Positions 26,193-30,163 of a stretch of DNA of 30,163 nucleotides are shown one piece after another. The position numbers were made by a program, and so were the translations under genes. The DNA comes from a virus (taxonomy: Duplodnaviria > Caudoviricetes). The stretch spans positions 1-30,163 of the IMG/VR virus record IMGVR_UViG_3300044724_004351. The stretch is one strand, 5' to 3'. The stretch's first letter is position 1; every line of letters starts with the position of its first letter. The notes below the pieces were generated by a model, which saw only the letters and a program-made list of their open reading frames with translations, was not told the DNA's origin and ran no database searches.

Positions 26193-26522
26193 AATGAATG
26201 TGATATCACCATCATCAGATTTATTGATAACAATGTCTCCTTTAGGGAAATCAAGAACGTTATCTAGGGAATCCATATCACCACCAGGACGATTGAGATA
26301 ATCAGACGACAGATTGAAGTTGTATTCAAGTCTGTCACTTTCCCATTGTGTTGAGTTGTCAGTAAAACGAATAGTATTACCAACTTTTTGATTTAACTCA
26401 CGAACATCATTTAGTAAATTAAAGAGGTCAGTGAGATAATAATCTTCGCCCTCAGCAAGAGCGTTGATAAGTGCTTGACGTGCAGAATCTTCTGCTTTTT
26501 CAAGATGGGACTTAATTGACAT
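26190..26522 (-). CDS. Hypothetical acidic protein (110 aa)
   Basis: Open frame, co-oriented, overlaps the upstream gene's 3' end. Confidence 0.7.
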   Translation of the reverse strand: MSIKSHLEKAEDSARQALINALAEGEDYYLTDLFNLLNDVRELNQKVGNTIRFTDNSTQWESDRLEYNFNLSSDYLNRPGGDMDSLDNVLDFPKGDIVINKSDDGDITFI

Positions 26523-26775
26523 AGGGATTTCTCACAGAATTGAATTTACGATAAGCACCTACCTCTGAATCTGGATCAAGCCACTTAACATATTCAGGAT
26601 CTTCAAGACAAGTATCAAGTTGCATTTGGTTGTCAAGGAAATACATGTCAAAGTATTTCTTTTTCCACTCATGGTATTTTTGAATACGGTAGTCTGGTTT
26701 ACCGTTGATCTCTAGCATACCGCACTGAACATAACGATAAGGAGAGCGCTCAAGAATAACAGTTGGTTTGATCAT
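26512..26775 (-). CDS. Hypothetical cyanophage protein (87 aa)
   Basis: PYRYVQCG..EINGKPDYRIQK...DMY.LDNQMQL..CLED.EY.KWLDPD; preceded by TGCTATAAT at 26798-26806. Confidence 0.8.
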   Translation of the reverse strand: MIKPTVILERSPYRYVQCGMLEINGKPDYRIQKYHEWKKKYFDMYFLDNQMQLDTCLEDPEYVKWLDPDSEVGAYRKFNSVRNPYVN

Positions 26776-26798
26776 GGATGTATGTTTCTATAAAGTAA

Positions 26799-27164
26799 TT
26801 ATAGCACATCATCCTCTCCATCTGGGAGGTATGTGCCACTTTCTTTTTTGACTTGTTTGCTGCTCCAAAATGCTAATGCAATAAGAGCAAAGTAAAATAA
26901 CGTGTCATCAATCATTACAAGAAAAAATATAACACTACCGCCATACTTTAACCAATCTGGTAAAGGAGCAATTATTTTAGCAATTAAAGGTCTGATTCTG
27001 TTTTCAAACTTGAAAAATAATATTGCTGCTATTGTTACTGTAATCTCACTCATCGGAACGACAAAATAGAGAGACAGAATAATAAAGATTGACCAGTAAT
27101 GTCTTTCTGGAATACGTTTAATAAGATTAACGTATTTTTTTATTATTTTTTTAACATGCATCAT
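26799..27164 (-). CDS. Membrane protein (121 aa) with two helical hairpins
   Basis: Hydrophobic segments around VVPMSEIT and VMIDDTLF. Confidence 0.7.
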   Translation of the reverse strand: MMHVKKIIKKYVNLIKRIPERHYWSIFIILSLYFVVPMSEITVTIAAILFFKFENRIRPLIAKIIAPLPDWLKYGGSVIFFLVMIDDTLFYFALIALAFWSSKQVKKESGTYLPDGEDDVL

Positions 27165-27354
27165 CGTGATTAGACATTACATAACGCCAATCATCTACTT
27201 CTATAGTCTCAGCAATATTTTCAAGTTCTCCATCTGGCACAGCAACTACTGCTCTACCATCTTCTTTACGAATTAAAAACTTTTCACCTGCTTCAATAGC
27301 ATCCATGTACTTATCAAAGTTTTTTTCAAATTGCTCTACAGTAATTTCAATCAT
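27151..27354 (-). CDS. Phd/YefM antitoxin-like small protein (67 aa)
   Basis: MIEITVEQFEKNFDKYMDAIEAGEKFLIRKEDGRAVVAVP matches the Phd/YefM N-terminal pattern; ATGA overlap with glutaredoxin. Confidence 0.7.
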   Translation of the reverse strand: MIEITVEQFEKNFDKYMDAIEAGEKFLIRKEDGRAVVAVPDGELENIAETIEVDDWRYVMSNHDDAC

Positions 27355-27596
27355 GGCACACAACAAATTTTTTTATCTTGCATATAACGTATTGATTCTT
27401 GACAACCACCTAGATGTAAATCGTCAAGAACAATTTGTGGGAAAGTAGCACCTTCTCCAAACTCAGCATAAAACTCTTCACGTGAAAAGTCTCTATCTAG
27501 TTCATAAACTACATGCTGTAGTTCTTCATATTCTACTACAGATTTAAATTTTTCGCAATAAGGACATCCTGAGTTTGAATAAATTGTAAATGTCAT
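27351..27596 (-). CDS. Glutaredoxin
   Basis: CPYC active site, TFPQI and LGG motifs. Confidence 0.95.
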   Translation of the reverse strand: MTFTIYSNSGCPYCEKFKSVVEYEELQHVVYELDRDFSREEFYAEFGEGATFPQIVLDDLHLGGCQESIRYMQDKKICCVP

Positions 27597-28237
27597 TGTA
27601 TTTCTTTGAAGTCGTTGTTGAATATTTCAAGACCCTCACGGGTCAAAACATGATCATACATTTTATCAAATACTGCACAAGGCAAAGTAACTACGTCAGC
27701 ACCATATAATAGACTACGAGATACATGATGAACATCACGTAGACTAGCAGCAAGAACTTTAGTTTTTACTTTTTGAACACTATACAAACTACTAATAGCA
27801 CGAATTAACTCAACACCACTGAAAGAGTTGTCGTTACAACGTCCAACAAATGGAGAAACATATGTAGCACCTGCTAGTGCAGCCATAACTGCTTGAGCGC
27901 CAGAGAAACAAAGAGTAACGTTAGTAGTAACACCTTGATCTGTAAGTTGTTTACATGCCATTAGACCTTCTTTAGTAAGAGGAAGTTTAATAGTAATATT
28001 GGGTGCAATATCTCTAAATTTACTAGCATGACATAGCATTTCAAAAGAAGACTCGCCTGGAACTTCGGCAGAAATACTTTCAAAAGCAAAGTTATTTGCT
28101 AGTGTTTTAATAAACTCATAATAATCACATCCTTCCTTGCGAACAAGAGAAGGATTAGTAGTAATGCCAGATATAAGACCAGTTTTATATCGTTCAGCAA
28201 TATCTTGGTAGTTAGCAGTATCTAGAAAAATTTTCAT
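27593..28237 (-). CDS. talC: Transaldolase (TalC/MipB family)
   Basis: MKIFLDTA, GITTNPSL, ITIKLP (catalytic Lys), NVTLCFS, YVSPFVGR, LAASLR. Confidence 0.97.
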   Translation of the reverse strand: MKIFLDTANYQDIAERYKTGLISGITTNPSLVRKEGCDYYEFIKTLANNFAFESISAEVPGESSFEMLCHASKFRDIAPNITIKLPLTKEGLMACKQLTDQGVTTNVTLCFSGAQAVMAALAGATYVSPFVGRCNDNSFSGVELIRAISSLYSVQKVKTKVLAASLRDVHHVSRSLLYGADVVTLPCAVFDKMYDHVLTREGLEIFNNDFKEIQ

Positions 28238-28268
28238 AATAATTTAGTTGGAATATTATATATCCAAG

Positions 28269-28355
28269 TCGGGCATATAGGATTTGAACCTATGACCTCT
28301 CCGGGAGAGCTCTCCGCTCCAAACGGAACGCGCCACCAAACTGCGCTAATGCCCG
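28269..28355 (-). tRNA. trnP: tRNA-Pro (UGG), atypical: 13-nt insertion and A37
   Basis: CGGGCAT/ATGCCCG acceptor with C1:G72 and A73; TTCCG-TTTGGAG-CGGAG anticodon arm; 18-nt variable region AGCTCTCCCGGAGAGGTC; intact T arm. Confidence 0.85.
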
Positions 28356-28444
28356 TGGAGGAAGAAGCGAGATTCGAACTCGCGGGGGCTACTAACCCCT
28401 CCAGTTTTCAAGACTGGTGCAATCAACCACTCTGCCATTCTTCC
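28356..28444 (-). tRNA. trnS: tRNA-Ser (UGA) with encoded CCA
   Basis: GGAAGAA/TTCTTCC acceptor, CCAGT-CTTGAAA-ACTGG, long variable arm GGGG..CCCC. Confidence 0.95.
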
Positions 28445-28467
28445 TTGTAAAGAATTGATTTATAAGA

Positions 28468-28719
28468 TCAACGTTCTTCAAAATCAATTTTACGAACTTT
28501 GCGTTTGCGTCGTTCTTCTTGATATTTTAGGTCAATATCAGATAGTATTTGAGTTTTCTTTCTAATATTGTTAAAATTTAATAACAAAACTTGTGACAAA
28601 TCTACTGCAGTAATTTTGTCACCAACAACAGTAGTTGTATTATTACAACCACATGCTTTAACTTTAGTGGGGTGAGACACGAGTTCTACACCACAACATT
28701 TGCATCTTACAGATAACAT
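28468..28719 (-). CDS. Small Cys-rich (zinc-ribbon-like) protein within the tRNA cluster
   Basis: CKCC...CGC and basic C-terminus RRKRKVRKIDFEER. Confidence 0.75.
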   Translation of the reverse strand: MLSVRCKCCGVELVSHPTKVKACGCNNTTTVVGDKITAVDLSQVLLLNFNNIRKKTQILSDIDLKYQEERRKRKVRKIDFEER

Positions 28720-28747
28720 TTTTTAGCATTTAACCTCTAGAAGTTAA

Positions 28748-28819
28748 TGGGCGATGAGGGATTTGAACCCCCGACCAATAGAATGTAAATCTACTGCGCT
28801 ACCGCTGCGCTAATCGCCC
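28748..28819 (-). tRNA. trnV: tRNA-Val (UAC)
   Basis: GGGCGAT/ATCGCCC acceptor, GTAGA-TTTACAT-TCTAT, GGTTCAAATCC. Confidence 0.95.
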
Positions 28820-28821
28820 GA

Positions 28822-28902
28822 TGCACCAGAGAAGATTTGAACTTCCACGCCTCTCGGCGGCAGATTCTAAGTCTGCTGCGTCTACCATTCCGCCACTAGT
28901 GC
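28822..28902 (-). tRNA. trnL: tRNA-Leu (UAG)
   Basis: GCACTAG/CTGGTGC acceptor, GCAGA-CTTAGAA-TCTGC, variable arm GCC-GAGA-GGC. Confidence 0.95.
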
Positions 28903-28906
28903 TAAG

Positions 28907-28980
28907 CGCTTCAGGTTGGATTCGAACCAACGGCTCACGCTTTAGAAGAGCGTTACTCTATTCCACTGAGTTACTGAAGC
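28907..28980 (-). tRNA. trnR: tRNA-Arg (UCU)
   Basis: GCTTCAG/CTGAAGC acceptor, ACGCT-CTTCTAA-AGCGT, GGTTCGAATCC. Confidence 0.95.
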
Positions 28981-28995
28981 ATTTGATATCCTCAT

Positions 28996-29024
28996 ATTAT
29001 AGAGGGTATATTCAGTTTTGTCAA
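28996..29024 (-). promoter_or_regulatory. Consensus sigma70 promoter for the tRNA cluster
   Basis: TTGACA (29019-29024) - 17 nt - TATAAT (28996-29001), 15 nt upstream of tRNA-Arg. Confidence 0.9.
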
Positions 29025-29605
29025 GCCCACGCTAATTTTTTACTATAATCATATGCATAAAGTTCTCTATTACCTTTGATACCCCACCCTAACCAGTAGT
29101 ATGCGGGTCTCATGTAATAAGATACCGTTTGTCCACCACCTTCAAATTGTGGAAGAACTCTTTGGAAGATAGGTTCATTAATCATCCAACGGACCTGACA
29201 ATCTAATTCACTTGGATTGCAATCATACTTTACTGCAAAGTTTCCAAGTCCTCTATATCGATTGATAGAAGTCCACTGAATTAATCCATAACCACCTCTC
29301 AAACAATTTTCATAAGAAACACGAGCACCACCCTCACAGATATTAGCAATGAATTTAGATTCTTGCTGAATGTTTCCCATGATTGTAGCAAGAGCATTAC
29401 GATCAGAGATCTTTGTGTGCTCCTGTAGTGCTGCTAGAACAACTTGTTCATTGGGAGTACAACTAGGACACTTCCAAGTCTCTTCCTCTATAATAATTTC
29501 TTCTACAGGTTCTGGTTCTAATTTTGCTTTGATTTGTTCAGGTTCCGGGGAAGGGATTGCAACTACACTTGCAAGAAGTCCAATTCCAAAAAGTGATTTA
29601 ATCAT
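29021..29605 (-). CDS. Lysozyme-like cell-wall hydrolase (phage tail lysozyme family) with N-terminal signal/anchor
   Basis: ALATIMGNIQQES (catalytic Glu) and GYGLIQWT; N-terminal MIKSLFGIGLLASVVA; ATG at 29605 follows a GGAG Shine-Dalgarno. Confidence 0.85.
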   Translation of the reverse strand: MIKSLFGIGLLASVVAIPSPEPEQIKAKLEPEPVEEIIIEEETWKCPSCTPNEQVVLAALQEHTKISDRNALATIMGNIQQESKFIANICEGGARVSYENCLRGGYGLIQWTSINRYRGLGNFAVKYDCNPSELDCQVRWMINEPIFQRVLPQFEGGGQTVSYYMRPAYYWLGWGIKGNRELYAYDYSKKLAWA

Positions 29606-29801
29606 TGTCTCCAAGATATTCGAGTGGGTAAATTTTATGATCCTCAAGATTAGGGTCTAACCATTCGGCAAACTCTGACTAAATCGCATGAGCATCTTCT
29701 ACAGATTTTAGCACATCATCCGTCTTCATGTCACAGAGGATGTGCAGTCTGTCAACTGCCCAGTCATGCGTCTGTTTCAGAGTGTCTTCCAAAGTTACCA
29801 T
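29598..29801 (-). pseudogene. Small acidic gene (67 codons) interrupted by an in-frame TAG
   Basis: MVTLEDTLKQTHDWAVDRLHILCDMKTDDVLKSVEDAHAI*SEFAEWLDPNLEDHKIYPLEYLGDND; TAG at 29679-29681. Confidence 0.7.
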
Positions 29802-29877
29802 AACAATAGAATTATATATGATGGTACTATACCACTAGTTCAAAATTTTTGCAAGGTGTCTCAAAAAATACTTTCAG

Positions 29878-29885
29878 TATAAATA
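29878..29885 (+). promoter_or_regulatory. T4 late promoter TATAAATA
   Basis: Exact consensus 23 nt before the ATG at 29909. Confidence 0.8.
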
Positions 29886-29908
29886 GTTTTATGATAGAAA
29901 GTATTTTC

Positions 29909-30163
29909 ATGTCTTGGAGATATAACGAAGAAGACTTTACTGAAGCACCCAAAGGTATAGAGGGATTTGTTTATTTAATAACAAATTTGACGAATGATAG
30001 AAAATATGTTGGCAAAAAATCTTTTTGGACAAGAAGAAAGGATAAAAAGACTGGTAGAAGAAAAACAAAAGAAAGTGATTGGAAAAAATATTTTGGATCT
30101 TGTGATGAATTAAATGAAGATGTAAAACTTCTTGGTGAAGATAAATTTTTGAGAGAAATACTT
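29909..30163 (+). CDS. GIY-YIG family endonuclease, partial, runs off the window edge
   Basis: Manual translation MSWRYNEEDFTEAPKGIEGFVYLITNLTNDRKYVGKKSFWTRRK...ESDWKKYFGSC...FLREIL with GFVY...YVG motif. Confidence 0.85.
   Translation, partial: MSWRYNEEDFTEAPKGIEGFVYLITNLTNDRKYVGKKSFWTRRKDKKTGRRKTKESDWKKYFGSCDELNEDVKLLGEDKFLREIL

Noticed and set aside
28822-28902. tRNA with 'TAG' as an amber suppressor
   Set aside because: UAG is the anticodon and reads CUA leucine; a suppressor would need a CUA anticodon.
28821-29660. Plus-strand ORFs 28821..29048 and 29370..29660
   Set aside because: Antisense to tRNA-Leu/Arg and the lysozyme gene.
1-30163. Genome-wide TAG reassignment, CRISPR array or IS element
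   Set aside because: TAG terminates genes normally (5437, 9284, 23098, 26190) and long ORFs are uninterrupted; no spaced direct-repeat array or transposase was seen.

Overview
Segment of a T4-like marine cyanophage (cyanomyovirus) genome, AT-rich and mostly encoded on the minus strand. From left to right: (1) a photosynthesis island (two hli genes, petF, several unannotated microproteins, an intronless psbA with a structured PhotoRC-II-like leader), followed by an HNH endonuclease whose stop overlaps the start of an SPPY-type DNA methyltransferase; (2) a convergent cluster of seven small exported or membrane proteins; (3) a ~19 kb block of six large putative virion/host-recognition proteins (PA14-like, leucine-rich repeat, two paralogous lectin-like giants, a beta-helix spike) under T4-type late promoters; (4) a tRNA/metabolic region with six tRNAs (all U34), a manA-like RNA, glutaredoxin, talC, a lysozyme-like gene, an amber-interrupted small gene and the start of a GIY-YIG nuclease. 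The most unusual observations are a tRNA-Pro(UGG) with a 13-nt palindromic insertion and A37, the psbA-HNH-methyltransferase arrangement, a phycobiliprotein-like KCxRD motif inside a nested virion protein, a plant-type LRR virion protein, and a candidate operator-controlled microprotein/sRNA unit upstream of psbA. All family assignments come from motif recognition by eye; no searches were run.
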